A DNA stretch of 64,000 bases from Phoronis australis (Eukaryota > Animalia > Phoronida). A program made the translations under genes and the position numbers. The notes beneath the pieces are model-generated. The model was not told the DNA's origin and searched no databases. It worked only from the letters and a program-made list of their open reading frames with translations. The DNA lies in the NCBI GenBank assembly GCA_002633005.1, contig NMRA01000096.1, forward strand, positions 496,001-560,000. Direction: 5' to 3'. Shown piece after piece: positions 54,001 to 63,500 of the stretch. Positions within the stretch are counted from its first letter, which is position 1. Each line of letters opens with the position of its first letter.

Positions 54001-57000
54001 AAGGGATATGCTAATGCATAACAATGAGGCTCACATTGCAATCCAACCCTCGTCTCCTCACCTTAACACACTGTTCAGCCAGGTCTTTGCTGGTGCGCGA
54101 ACTGATCTCAACCACAACCAGCCTATTACAGATGGCCTTGAGAGCGCCATCTACAGAGACAATTCTGCGTGTGCACTCTGCTGACACGTCCAGGTAGTAT
54201 GTGATGGCACGAGCTGTCACCTCCAGTACATTATCAGGTGCGCACTCGTCAAGAAAGATGCGACACAGGGCAGGCAGGAACGTTCTCGGTGGACAGCTGA
54301 GGAAACAAAACGACCAATGGCAATGACCCAAGCAGTATATTTAGTAAGAACAGCTTAAGCGCGTTGAATGTTTCGTGAATATTTGAATACATATGGCGGG
54401 TTCATGCTAAGTAGAGATCGGAAAATACATTTTAAATAAACGAGCAGAAATAAAAGCCAGGACACAGTTAAAAATTGTGCACAGAGCAAGATTATAACGT
54501 GAAACCAAGCGAAAGTCAGTCAGTTTTCAGCTGCTTGTATAACAAGAGCAACGCGGAGCGTTGAAATGCGCCCACAATTGCACCGCATACGGTATCCTTC
54601 TAGGGTTGTTTATTAGTACCATAAAGTGGCCAGTAGAGGGCATACTTTGCAAAATGGAAAGGCATGGTCATTGTCTCCTCAATAGGCTAGGGGCAAAATG
54701 TGAGTAATCTTCATAATACAAGCACATCCTATACACCAGTTGCTTANGTGTGCGTACACACACTTACATAGGGGTCCTCATGTTCCAGCAGCGTGGACAG
54801 CGATTCTACACAGGAGTCCATGGATGTGTCCTGTGGCTCCATCTTTCCACAGAGACGGGAAACAACAGTCATGGCAGAATGCAGTGTATCTTTGTGAACT
54901 TGAGAACTGTGTTCACGGATGAACGTAAGGATGCAATTGAGGCCACCAGCCTCAAACACGCCACCCGACTCTCGGGTACAAATCAATTCCAACACCTTCG
55001 AATGGAAAAAACACAGTATCATTTTATTACACCATTCTGCTGACAGCATTATATTGAGTGGAATAACCATAAATTGACATAATACAGTTGACTGAATTTA
55101 ATCCAAAATGATTATATGAATAAATGAATTAAAGCTGGCAAACATAGGGTACTTTTGAGAAATCTATCAGCACCGGAACAAAACCACGTTCGTGTGAATT
55201 AACACTCACCGCATTTCAATTGGAAATTCAGACATCACTGGCAGGCATTAAGCACTCAATTTTTTTTCAAACGGTACAAAGTGCGCTTCTCCAAATAACA
55301 TTCACATTTACATCAGCCACTTTTGGAAATGGTCGTAAAACTAGCTTTAGTGAAAATTTACCAAAGCTCCTGGACGATTGTTTAAGCAAACATAGCCACC
55401 AACCTGAAGGGATATACTAATGCATAATAATGAGCTCACATTGCAATCCAACCCTTGTCTCCTCACCTTAACACACTGTTCAGCCAGGTCTTTGCTGGTG
55501 CGCGAACTGATCTCAACCACAACCAGCCTATTACAGATGGCCTTGAGAGCGCCATCTACAGAGACAATTCTACGTGTGCACTCTGCCGACACGTCCAGGT
55601 AGTATGTGATGGCCCGAGCTGTCACCTCCAGTACGTTATCAGGTGCGCACTCGTCAAGAAAGATGCGACACAGGGCAGGCAGGAACGTTCTCGGTGGACA
55701 GCTGAGGAAACAAAACGACCAATGGCAATGACCCAAGTAGTATATTTGGTAAGAACAGCTTAAGCGCGTTGAATGTTTCGTGAATATTTGAATACATATG
55801 GCGGGTTCATGCTAAGTAGAGATCGGAAAATACATTTTAAATAAACGAGTAGAAATAAAAGCCAGGACTCAGTTAAAAATTGTGCACAGAGCAAGACTGT
55901 AATGTGAAACCAAGCGAAAGTCAGTCAGTTTTCAGCTGCTTGTATAAAAACAAAAAATGTTTATCATGCCAAGCAGTGGCAGACGAACTTCTTGTTTGTT
56001 GCTAAGCCAAGAAAGGAATTGTGCAGTTGAGAGATAAACCGTGTAATTAGCCACTAACTGTAAATGTAAATTTCAGCTAAAAGCTTAGTTATGAACTTCA
56101 AGAAGGATAGCGCACTATTTACAAAATCTAGTTTTGGTTGCATAAAAGCAGTTAACCGGAACGGTTAAGCCATGTGTGCACACTCCAGTATTTTTATGTG
56201 ACTCTCCTGTACATACGACTAACTAGACCATGAAGACAGGTGCTACCACACAACTACTTACAGTACATATATGAAATATGAGTATGTAAAAAGGTTCCAA
56301 AAGTTGTATTTACCAACCAATAATGAAAAATCCGAGTGTGTGAAACGAGGTTTTAAGTTACATGATCACCATGTGATACCATCATATAGTGCTGCAGACC
56401 TCACGCAATTATCAAACCTTTGACACAACCATACTTCAATGTTTTTCACTACTGAATTGATCTGCTGACATACAAGCCCTAGTTTATCTATCAGCTGCCT
56501 CCTTTCATAACACACCCTGCCAGGCACGTTTTAAGAAACATTCCAAATGACTGTGTACTTTCCGTCCTTTGTATAACTGTTTTTTATAACCCTAGCCAAA
56601 TCCATCACGATGATTTAATTACATTTAACGGGTACAGCAGACATTGAGATGGGTATGGCAGTGAATTCCATTCGCCTGCTGTTTTATTCGCCTGCTGTTT
56701 TATTACCGCTCAATAAAAACATGTTAAACATTCTATTTTTTTAAACAAATGACCTCCATACCAGGTTAAGAAGCTCACCCATAGACAAGCTGTCACGTTT
56801 AAAATGTCCTATTTACAGAACGTGATATGCTGTCTAACCAGTTTGTAATTGAGTGAACAAAACAGCATCAAAATCACACGCTAAACCCCTTCTAGCATAC
56901 AGACAAGGTGGAATGAGGAAAAGTATTAACTCATTTAATCCTATTACAAACAGATAACAGCTACACATGTAAATATGACATTCTGTGAAAAACATTAGCA

Positions 57001-57934
57001 TTCTGTTCCCAATGCACAATCAACCAAACACCTAGATCGCAGCCACAACAAACACAGGATGGGAGACTTGATCAACACCACTTGCGCTTGATCAACACAA
57101 ACAAAAGGGAAGAAAACTGCATGTTATTCACGAACGTCATACTGGTGCTTGGCACTGCCCAGCTAATCATGGCTAATGTGGGTGCCTGAGTATATCTTCC
57201 CTTATCTGAGTCATCACTAAACACAGAAATACCTGAACTTGATGAGACAAACAACCAAGAAATTGGTATGACTACACAGACAGGATTACACAATGATATA
57301 ATACCATGGTCATGTTCCACAGACCAAGTTTCTAGAGACCACGCTAGATTTTTGCGAATATGCTTGAGACCTGATTGGCATGGCCTAGTAAATTGGTGAT
57401 TGGTTAGTGAGGTTGGAATGTTGAATTGTGGGATAGAGTTCAATAAATTGTTATAGAATTCACTGTTTGTATCGCATAAGAAAAGACATCTCGCCGCAAC
57501 TACATGGCTTGCATCTCAGTTCTACGAAATACAGCCCAGAATGTTAGGAATGGCACTAGCATAGATACTGACAACAAACCCTAAGTACAAAGAAAAACAA
57601 TTACCAAATTTGCCATTTCATCAAACCAAGATCATTTGAATACAGTGTCCCCATTAAGGTATAACTATAATTAGCTCACCTGCATGACTCAACAAGCCAG
57701 AGGGAAAACCCACAAGAGTCCCCTACAAGAACAGGGCACACCAACCAATGTAATGCAATAAACCTAACAATGACAATCCCAGTGCTACACTTACCTTTCA
57801 AAACATCTGTCGACATTGTCAGACATGAGGAGCAGCATGCAGAGCTGTTCCAGTGCTATCAACTGCATGTCCCTCTCATCGCCATGGCCCATCTGCAGCC
57901 ACTCCAGCAGAGTCTCGGGGTCCACTTCACTCAT
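17741..57934 (-). CDS. HECTD1: E3 ubiquitin-protein ligase HECTD1 (ARM-like, ankyrin, SUN-like, MIB-HERC2 and HECT domains), 40 coding exons, about 2604 aa
   Basis: Starts [16 protein letters not shown] and ends [16 protein letters not shown]...KGFHLN*; taking one copy of each duplicated exon gives 7815 nt with consistent phases at every GT-AG junction; characteristic HECTD1 segments throughout. Confidence 0.95.
19150..19300 (-). CDS. HECTD1: HECTD1 exon 39 ([11 protein letters not shown]...EPKLGFTKE)
   Basis: HECT motif with splice sites. Confidence 0.92.
19550..19787 (-). mobile_element. tRNA-derived SINE-like repeat, copy 2
   Basis: B-box-like GGGTTTGAATTCC on the minus strand; homologous to 8250-8430. 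Confidence 0.65.
19958..20130 (-). CDS. HECTD1: HECTD1 exon 38 ([10 protein letters not shown]...QMDSFR)
   Basis: HECT motif with splice sites. Confidence 0.92.
20181..21116 (+). mobile_element. DINE-1/HINE-like (Helentron-associated) non-autonomous element with three ~260-bp internal repeats
   Basis: aacaa start, stem-loop caacgc-gga-gcgttg, internal tandem units, ggacg/gacgg microsatellite-like tract near the other end; related copies at 5630, 16383 and 54541. The class assignment is inference from structure. Confidence 0.7.
21550..22163 (-). CDS. HECTD1: HECTD1 exon 37 ([13 protein letters not shown]...LEDL)
   Basis: HECT N-lobe [23 protein letters not shown]. Confidence 0.95.
22535..22672 (-). 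CDS. HECTD1: HECTD1 exon 36 ([34 protein letters not shown])
   Basis: HECT start motif. Confidence 0.95.
23421..23619 (-). CDS. HECTD1: HECTD1 exon 35 (SIVWLQN...RVGRLKHER...SVLE)
   Basis: Conserved motif with splice sites. Confidence 0.93.
24102..24312 (-). CDS. HECTD1: HECTD1 exon 34 ([11 protein letters not shown]...FTCTAFGAS)
   Basis: Conserved motif with splice sites. Confidence 0.93.
25033..25231 (-). CDS. HECTD1: HECTD1 exon 33 (DFLNTFG...[10 protein letters not shown])
   Basis: Phase fit, ORF 25007-25237. Confidence 0.85.
27405..27480 (+). mobile_element. Degenerate tRNA-derived SINE head
   Basis: A-box-like TGGCTCAGTAG and B-box-like GGTTCGATTC at tRNA-like spacing, no cloverleaf. 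Confidence 0.4.
28053..28235 (-). CDS. HECTD1: HECTD1 exon 32 (GRWSMSFV...WKLVGN...AYK)
   Basis: Conserved helical bundle motif with splice sites. Confidence 0.9.
28681..28750 (-). CDS. HECTD1: HECTD1 exon 31 ([23 protein letters not shown])
   Basis: Completes WEPTYV-LVY; gtaagt donor. Confidence 0.85.
29290..29509 (-). CDS. HECTD1: HECTD1 exon 30 (TIFNYVQRL...RIWEPTY)
   Basis: Conserved motif with splice sites. Confidence 0.9.
30113..30272 (-). CDS. HECTD1: HECTD1 exon 29 ([30 protein letters not shown])
   Basis: Hallmark HECTD1 motif. Confidence 0.95.
30730..31097 (-). repeat. Dispersed non-coding repeat related to 3500-3900
   Basis: Shared 28-nt core in inverted orientation; ends approximate. 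Confidence 0.5.
31478..31761 (-). CDS. HECTD1: HECTD1 exon 28 (AQSFPNL...SLTSTSSES...acidic tract)
   Basis: Conserved motif with splice sites. Confidence 0.92.
33067..33634 (-). CDS. HECTD1: HECTD1 exon 27 (low-complexity; MSVSVPNL...SLLESFAA)
   Basis: Open frame, phase fit, MSVSVPNL motif. Confidence 0.85.
34013..34144 (-). CDS. HECTD1: HECTD1 exon 26 (RKSSSTPSL...[13 protein letters not shown])
   Basis: Phase 0-0, gtatgt donor. Confidence 0.82.
35334..35533 (-). CDS. HECTD1: HECTD1 exon 25 ([24 protein letters not shown]; MIB-HERC2 second half)
   Basis: MIB-HERC2 motif. Confidence 0.95.
35795..35971 (-). CDS. HECTD1: HECTD1 exon 24, second (probably allelic) copy
   Basis: Same translation as 36711-36887; inside duplicated block 35561-36475. 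Confidence 0.7.
36711..36887 (-). CDS. HECTD1: HECTD1 exon 24 ([17 protein letters not shown]; MIB-HERC2 first half)
   Basis: MIB-HERC2 motif with splice sites. Confidence 0.85.
37597..37760 (-). CDS. HECTD1: HECTD1 exon 23 ([30 protein letters not shown])
   Basis: SUN-like domain motif. Confidence 0.95.
38638..38817 (-). CDS. HECTD1: HECTD1 exon 22 (AWFAIDLG...[17 protein letters not shown])
   Basis: SUN-like domain motif. Confidence 0.95.
39111..39251 (-). CDS. HECTD1: HECTD1 exon 21 ([10 protein letters not shown]...LNCHTNDD)
   Basis: Conserved motif. Confidence 0.95.
39922..40064 (-). CDS. HECTD1: HECTD1 exon 20 ([13 protein letters not shown]...[15 protein letters not shown])
   Basis: Conserved motif. 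Confidence 0.95.
40371..40505 (-). CDS. HECTD1: HECTD1 exon 19 ([10 protein letters not shown]...YLLKM)
   Basis: Conserved motif. Confidence 0.95.
40909..41020 (-). CDS. HECTD1: HECTD1 exon 18 ([19 protein letters not shown]...YGLQ)
   Basis: Conserved motif. Confidence 0.92.
41253..41344 (-). CDS. HECTD1: HECTD1 exon 17 (QCDEPP...RRNVFRKAF); alternative in-frame acceptor at 41377
   Basis: Phase fit, GG|gtaagt donor. Confidence 0.82.
42104..42250 (-). CDS. HECTD1: HECTD1 exon 16 ([13 protein letters not shown])
   Basis: Conserved motif with splice sites. Confidence 0.9.
42959..43096 (-). CDS. HECTD1: HECTD1 exon 15 (ARELYEEHF...PRSVVAKL)
   Basis: Conserved motif with splice sites. Confidence 0.9.
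43569..43736 (-). CDS. HECTD1: HECTD1 exon 14 (QATILRE...[21 protein letters not shown])
   Basis: Hallmark motif. Confidence 0.95.
44645..44820 (-). CDS. HECTD1: HECTD1 exon 13 (NRGEFLEKL...VGNW...IHNSDGQQ)
   Basis: Hallmark motif. Confidence 0.95.
45183..45474 (-). CDS. HECTD1: HECTD1 exon 12, second (probably allelic) copy
   Basis: Same translation as 46630-46921. Confidence 0.7.
46098..46205 (-). CDS. HECTD1: HECTD1 exon 11, second (probably allelic) copy
   Basis: Same translation as 47526-47633. Confidence 0.7.
46630..46921 (-). CDS. HECTD1: HECTD1 exon 12 ([45 protein letters not shown])
   Basis: Hallmark motif. Confidence 0.85.
47526..47633 (-). CDS. HECTD1: HECTD1 exon 11 ([16 protein letters not shown]...FARLGVFSK)
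   Basis: Conserved motif with splice sites. Confidence 0.85.
48512..48659 (-). CDS. HECTD1: HECTD1 exon 10 ([13 protein letters not shown]...VLATVLDVE)
   Basis: Conserved motif. Confidence 0.92.
49178..49421 (-). CDS. HECTD1: HECTD1 exon 9 (EWM...[18 protein letters not shown])
   Basis: Conserved motif. Confidence 0.92.
49908..50031 (-). CDS. HECTD1: HECTD1 exon 8 (ankyrin; [25 protein letters not shown])
   Basis: Ankyrin motif. Confidence 0.95.
50579..50677 (-). CDS. HECTD1: HECTD1 exon 7 (ankyrin; [29 protein letters not shown])
   Basis: Ankyrin motif. Confidence 0.95.
50884..50960 (-). CDS. HECTD1: HECTD1 exon 6 ([25 protein letters not shown])
   Basis: Ankyrin motif. Confidence 0.95.
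51922..52136 (-). CDS. HECTD1: HECTD1 exon 5 ([25 protein letters not shown]...[19 protein letters not shown])
   Basis: Hallmark motif. Confidence 0.95.
52650..52996 (-). CDS. HECTD1: HECTD1 exon 4 ([20 protein letters not shown]...[10 protein letters not shown])
   Basis: Hallmark motif. Confidence 0.95.
53361..53588 (-). CDS. HECTD1: HECTD1 exon 3, second (probably allelic) copy
   Basis: Same translation as 54768-54995. Confidence 0.7.
54062..54296 (-). CDS. HECTD1: HECTD1 exon 2, second (probably allelic) copy
   Basis: Same translation as 55467-55701; 4 synonymous differences seen. Confidence 0.7.
54541..54746 (+). mobile_element. 5' end of a DINE-1/HINE-like element, truncated at the contig break
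   Basis: aacaagagcaacgcggagcgttgaaatgc is nearly identical to the start at 20181; absent from the homologous site at 55945. Confidence 0.75.
54768..54995 (-). CDS. HECTD1: HECTD1 exon 3 ([11 protein letters not shown]...[10 protein letters not shown]...LCGKMEP)
   Basis: Hallmark motif. Confidence 0.85.
55467..55701 (-). CDS. HECTD1: HECTD1 exon 2 ([17 protein letters not shown]...LAEQCVK)
   Basis: Hallmark motif. Confidence 0.85.
57795..57934 (-). CDS. HECTD1: HECTD1 first coding exon ([46 protein letters not shown])
   Basis: Near-invariant HECTD1 N-terminus; AG|gtaagt donor; an upstream acceptor near 58013 implies a further non-coding 5' exon. Confidence 0.95.
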
Positions 57935-59428
57935 AGTGCACTAGTCCGCACGACCCTTCGGTCACCTCTGACACTCACAAGTAGGGGTCGGACAGGAGTC
58001 AGCGTCGAGCAACTGGAAATATTAAGTTCAAGGGTGTTATCGTACAGTGTATATTTAGAATTTGTTTCGATTTGGTGGCATGCATCTCGCCAATGTGACC
58101 TTAGATTTTGATTGGCAACATACAGGAGTCAGGATTGTCTGGGAAAAATCGGCACATGAACCAGGGCAGAACATTGAGCCTGAGGGAGAAGCAAGCAACC
58201 AACCAGTGAGCAGACGATATACTGCCAATGTTGCGTCTGACTAAAAAGAGAAATAACACCGTTTGGGGGTTTTGGCAGTTACAGTGAACAAGTGCCCAGC
58301 TTTTCAAATCAAATGACCATTTTTTATTTTCGACTTTCACACCACTAAATAATGGGCATTGACAGCTTCTCAAAATGTTGGAAAATTTTATCAGATTATT
58401 GCCGCATTCAGCACAGCGAGTACAAGCTTGAAAATAAAAGCAACAAAAGTGAAATACTAGTAGGAATCTGACCATAACTTGCTTTACAAAAGTATTTTCT
58501 CAACAACACAGTACCTATCTCTTTCATGGCAAACAGTACAAACGTAAAGACACCCTTTCATTTCCTCATGCAGTTTGTTATGGTCAGGGAAATTCCAGAA
58601 ATATAACCAGAGCAGAGTTACATGGCTTTGACAATAGACAGGAGTTATGACAGCAGGAGGGAGTTTCAACTGCAGTTCTGATGCACCACATGCTTAGGAT
58701 TGGCTTTTACAACAGTTAATAATGAACTTTGAGACATTATCATTTTATTAAAAAACTGAAAGGGATGTGATTTTTAACGAAACTGTAGTCTACCTGCAGC
58801 CAGGCTACAGGGCATGGAAAGACCAATGACAAAAAAAGGAGAAATTTACAAGTGATGTAGTGTTCCACAAATAAATAGGCTTGTGAGATACAAAATGTTT
58901 TTTTGTGCATGAATAAAGTCAAAATATTAATAAGAAAGGAATGACAAAAGGAAACTCGGAATCAGATAAAAGGAAATCAAAACCAAACCAGAAGAAATCC
59001 TCTTCAATGAGGAAAACTCTGAGTCTAGTTTCATCATGGAGGTATTAGACTGGGTCAAAGAGTTGACTGATAACAAGGCAGAGACAAACAGAGGTCCCAC
59101 ATAAAGGCCAGACACCAAATACATGTGACTTGATTAGGCCACCACAAAGAGATCTCTGTAAACAACAAGCAGTCAGGAATTCCAATGAACAAAGGAATCC
59201 CTCAAGACACACATAACTTCAAACCAACTTCCCTCCACCAGATATTAGAACAAACTCAGAACATACATTGCTGAACATTTGGTAGACCTTTACAACCAAC
59301 AGTTCCATAAAGCCTTGTGTAACAGTGTCACTGATAAGGTCATGCTGAAAGCTCAAACTGCAATAAAATTACCTTTGAGTTGATAACCAAGAGCACAAGC
59401 AAACCATCAACTCTACTCCCTCTATATA

Positions 59429-60569
59429 CCGTAATCGTTCGGGTTAACGCCCTGNNNNNNNNNNNNNNNNNNNNNNNNNNNNNNNNNNNNNNNNNNNNNN
59501 NNNNNNNNNNNNNNNNNNNNNNNNNNNNNNNNNNNNNNNNNNNNNNNNNNNNNNNNNNNNNNNNNNNNNNNNNNNNNNNNNNNNNNNNNNNNNNNNNNNN
59601 NNNNNNNNNNNNNNNNNNNNNNNNNNNNNNNNNNNNNNNNNNNNNNNNNNNNNNNNNNNNNNNNNNNNNNNNNNNNNNNNNNNNNNNNNNNNNNNNNNNN
59701 NNNNNNNNNNNNNNNNNNNNNNNNNNNNNNNNNNNNNNNNNNNNNNNNNNNNNNNNNNNNNNNNNNNNNNNNNNNNNNNNNNNNNNNNNNNNNNNNNNNN
59801 NNNNNNNNNNNNNNNNNNNNNNNNNNNNNNNNNNNNNNNNNNNNNNNNNNNNNNNNNNNNNNNNNNNNNNNNNNNNNNNNNNNNNNNNNNNNNNNNNNNN
59901 NNNNNNNNNNNNNNNNNNNNNNNNNNNNNNNNNNNNNNNNNNNNNNNNNNNNNNNNNNNNNNNNNNNNNNNNNNNNNNNNNNNNNNNNNNNNNNNNNNNN
60001 NNNNNNNNNNNNNNNNNNNNNNNNNNNNNNNNNNNNNNNNNNNNNNNNNNNNNNNNNNNNNNNNNNNNNNNNNNNNNNNNNNNNNNNNNNNNNNNNNNNN
60101 NNNNNNNNNNNNNNNNNNNNNNNNNNNNNNNNNNNNNNNNNNNNNNNNNNNNNNNNNNNNNNNNNNNNNNNNNNNNNNNNNNNNNNNNNNNNNNNNNNNN
60201 NNNNNNNNNNNNNNNNNNNNNNNNNNNNNNNNNNNNNNNNNNNNNNNNNNNNNNNNNNNNNNNNNNNNNNNNNNNNNNNNNNNNNNNNNNNNNNNNNNNN
60301 NNNNNNNNNNNNNNNNNNNNNNNNNNNNNNNNNNNNNNNNNNNNNNNNNNNNNNNNNNNNNNNNNNNNNNNNNNNNNNNNNNNNNNNNNNNNNNNNNNNN
60401 NNNNCAAAAGTAGGGGATGGGCGGTTAACCGAGCAGTGGGCGGTTAATTGGAAATCTTCAAAAATAGCAGGGGGGCGGTTAACCGAGCAGTGGGCGGTTA
60501 AATCGAAATTCACCTAAAGTAGGGGGTGGGCGGTTAACTGAGCATGGGCGTTAACCCGAACGATTACGG
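59429..60569. mobile_element. Non-autonomous DNA transposon (Tc1/mariner-type TA TSD) with subterminal tandem repeats, spanning an N gap
   Basis: Perfect 24-bp TIR ccgtaatcgttcgggttaacgccc / gggcgttaacccgaacgattacgg flanked by TA; repeated ggcggttaaccgagcagtgggcggttaa units; interior is gap 59455-60404. Confidence 0.8.
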
Positions 60570-63500
60570 TAGTAAATCATGTGAAGCTATAAATGACATG
60601 ACCTCACAGTATTAACATCCTCTTCCCAAACTAAAAATCAAAACAAAGGTTTTTAAAGAGGGCGATACATGTGGCTTCAAAATTATACTATTTAAGAAAA
60701 AATCACAAACCTCTTAATATACTTGTAAGAACGAGACAAAAACGTTCCAAGTCTAATTTCTTCATGTCGGTATTGTTACTCAGAAAGCAGTTGAAGTTGA
60801 TTATTTTTGACTTCAAAAGAGACACTGTAGCACAAGTGCAGTCTTTGGTCCGAAGGTACACAAAAGGAAGTGGTTACAGCAAGGCTGTGAGTCAGCACAA
60901 TGACATATGAGGTTCTTTCAAAACATTAGAACTAAAGCAGATCACATGTTTACAGCTGTAAACAACTAGCCCATGTGGAAGACTCCATTTGAACTTTCTC
61001 CTCTGAGTACAGGGTTTCGCGTACACACACAGAAAGCAACAACACAATTGCTGACCCTGAGACTTGTACGGAGCAATACTCAATCACTGTAGGTAGGACA
61101 AGGTCACTTATTACAATGGGAATTTCCAAGTGTATGGTTAAGGTTTTTCAAATAAGAACACAACATGCAACAAGAGTAAACAATAAGACAATTTCACTTC
61201 ATTATTTGACATAAAAAACTCAATGAAATTTCGTACATTTCTGGTAATACAGTGAGCATTCGAAGAATAAAAAATAAATAATTTTGTACTTCATTTTGTT
61301 TGAATTTAAGGAAACTTGGCCATACTTTGAGCTAAACAAGATGACTTCTTGAAATCATCGCTCCAAACCAATTCACCTACCTCACTTATCTGGGCCCAAG
61401 TTCAATTTAACGCTTGCATCTAAAATTTCTAAATTTTCATCATCAAATTTGCCACGATCGACAAACTTCCCACTAAGATCAAGATTTCCTTATAACTACC
61501 AGTGTCCTAGTGAACACCCATCTCACAAAAAAATTAACTTCAAATACGTGTGTAATTTCTTCACATTTTGGTAACAAAGTCAGTTTTTCCAGCACCATGC
61601 CATATTAGGGCTAGAAAATAGTGACACAGGTTTTACTGAAGGAGACGCGAAATTGTTACTTTGGCTCATGAGTATTCAAATATTGTGCTTGAGTGCAAAA
61701 ATGATGAAAGCATTTGCATAATGCCCCATTCCCACTGAGTCATAAGTCCCGTTCACACACGGCCTACCCTAGAACAACTTGCACTAGCGCAACTAACCCC
61801 ACTTTTAAATGGAGCGTCCATAAACACACACAAACACACACACATCAGATAACTAGGGCAAGGTGAAAGTTGTCACTCTGTGCGTGACAATGAACACATA
61901 ATACGAATACGACGCCAAAAACAAAACCCGTCTGTATGTAACCGCAGCTGATAACTTCCGCATTGCTCCAGATTTGCGGCCACAAAGGAATTAGAAGTGG
62001 TGCAAGTTACCCTAGAAAATGTTACCTTACAACGGTAAGGTGAGGTAAGTGGGGCAAGTTGTCCTACAAGTAGTTTAAAGAACGTTCATTACTATCAGCC
62101 ATGTCATGTCATGGTAATATTTGTGGAGTTCCGGAGCGACTCGTGCCATTTGGCCCAGATTTTCCGTAAACATTGTGAGCTGTTGGGTGACCAATTTGTA
62201 CATGCAGGGAGTCAAGTTGGCCCAGCCATCTCCCCTGTTCCAGACTGTAAGCAGGTTGGCTGGAGTTGGCTTCAATTTCACTTAAATTTGTAAAAACGTT
62301 CTTCACTACAATGCCTATGAATTGCTCACGAACATGCTGGCAGGCACAAATTTTCACCCAAATTTTACACCAAAAAACTTTGACAGTGGCACCCCTTCCT
62401 ATAGCAATTCGACCATGTCTATCCTGGGCAATAACCTGAATGTGAACACTAAACAACTGGAGAATCAGATGACCAAAGTGTATGCGGAAACCATCTGCAT
62501 CTTGGAAGCTGATGAATCCACTTGTTATCAAGGAAAACACCAATTTTACATTGTCGACAACACACAAATGTCAAGCACTATGACCATTCATTCAGAAACT
62601 CTATGTACGGTAGACTTTAAACAATAAAATTTTTTGCAAAATTCAATCTTCCCAATGATCAGCTGGTTGCTCAGATAGTGTTGAATGTATTCCAAACAGT
62701 AAAAGCGTTATTGTGACAACTAAACACTTGAGAGTGTGGGACGTTCAAAAATAGCATTTTATGTTTTGTTATGGTTCTTCCCAGGCTAGGTGCCAGCATT
62801 GAAGATTGTGACTGTAGCTTTTGAAGTTATAATAAAGGGCTTGAGATGCGCAAGTAAATGCTTCAACATACGAGTGGAACAAGTCAATCCGAGTATAAAA
62901 TTTAATTCATTCAAATCACTAGTAAAGGTGACAGGCACATCTTTGGTGTTTTTTTTTTTTGATTGCGACTTATTATGAGCCCGAATTCGGTAGTGCGAGT
63001 GCAGGTATGCTGTGACTGCTGTCACTCCCATTTGTGTCGAGCACCATCACCCCACCTTCTGTAAAAAGGACCATACATGTCCATGACTGAAACTGGTCTC
63101 AGTTTGTTCCTTATATTCAAATGAGAAGTGATTGGAAAAGCTGACAATCGTTACTATTGGAGACGATACTTGGCATGTAACTAACCCGTCATAAGCTTGG
63201 TCGAGAGCGATAACGAACTATCAGTTCTTCTCAAGCAATCATTTTCAATCTAAATAAAGAACAAGATCTCTATAGTGTTCCATGGTAAGGGAAACGGATG
63301 GAATTCGTGGCGTCGATTTCATTCTTATTTTTTTTTCTTAATTACCAAAAACTAAGAAAACAATTCATATTCTGTCCACAAAGTGATCGGTTATCATTTT
63401 GAGACATGTCCAATTGTTAGGTCATTCTTTCTGAAGGTGGCACTGATATTTTTCCGGTTTTAACAAACAATTAACATGGCATTCAGCAAGGTATCGGTAA

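Noticed and set aside
35561-55945. Mutually exclusive or tandem exon arrays in HECTD1
   Set aside because: Copies are protein-identical, include flanking introns, are each split by a single N, and two of three break the frame; uncollapsed alleles are the simpler explanation
59340-60513. Long 355-363 aa ORFs
   Set aside because: Artefacts of reading through the N gap
60410-60560. CRISPR-like repeat-spacer pattern
   Set aside because: The spacers resemble each other, the array lies inside TIRs, and the context is eukaryotic with no cas genes
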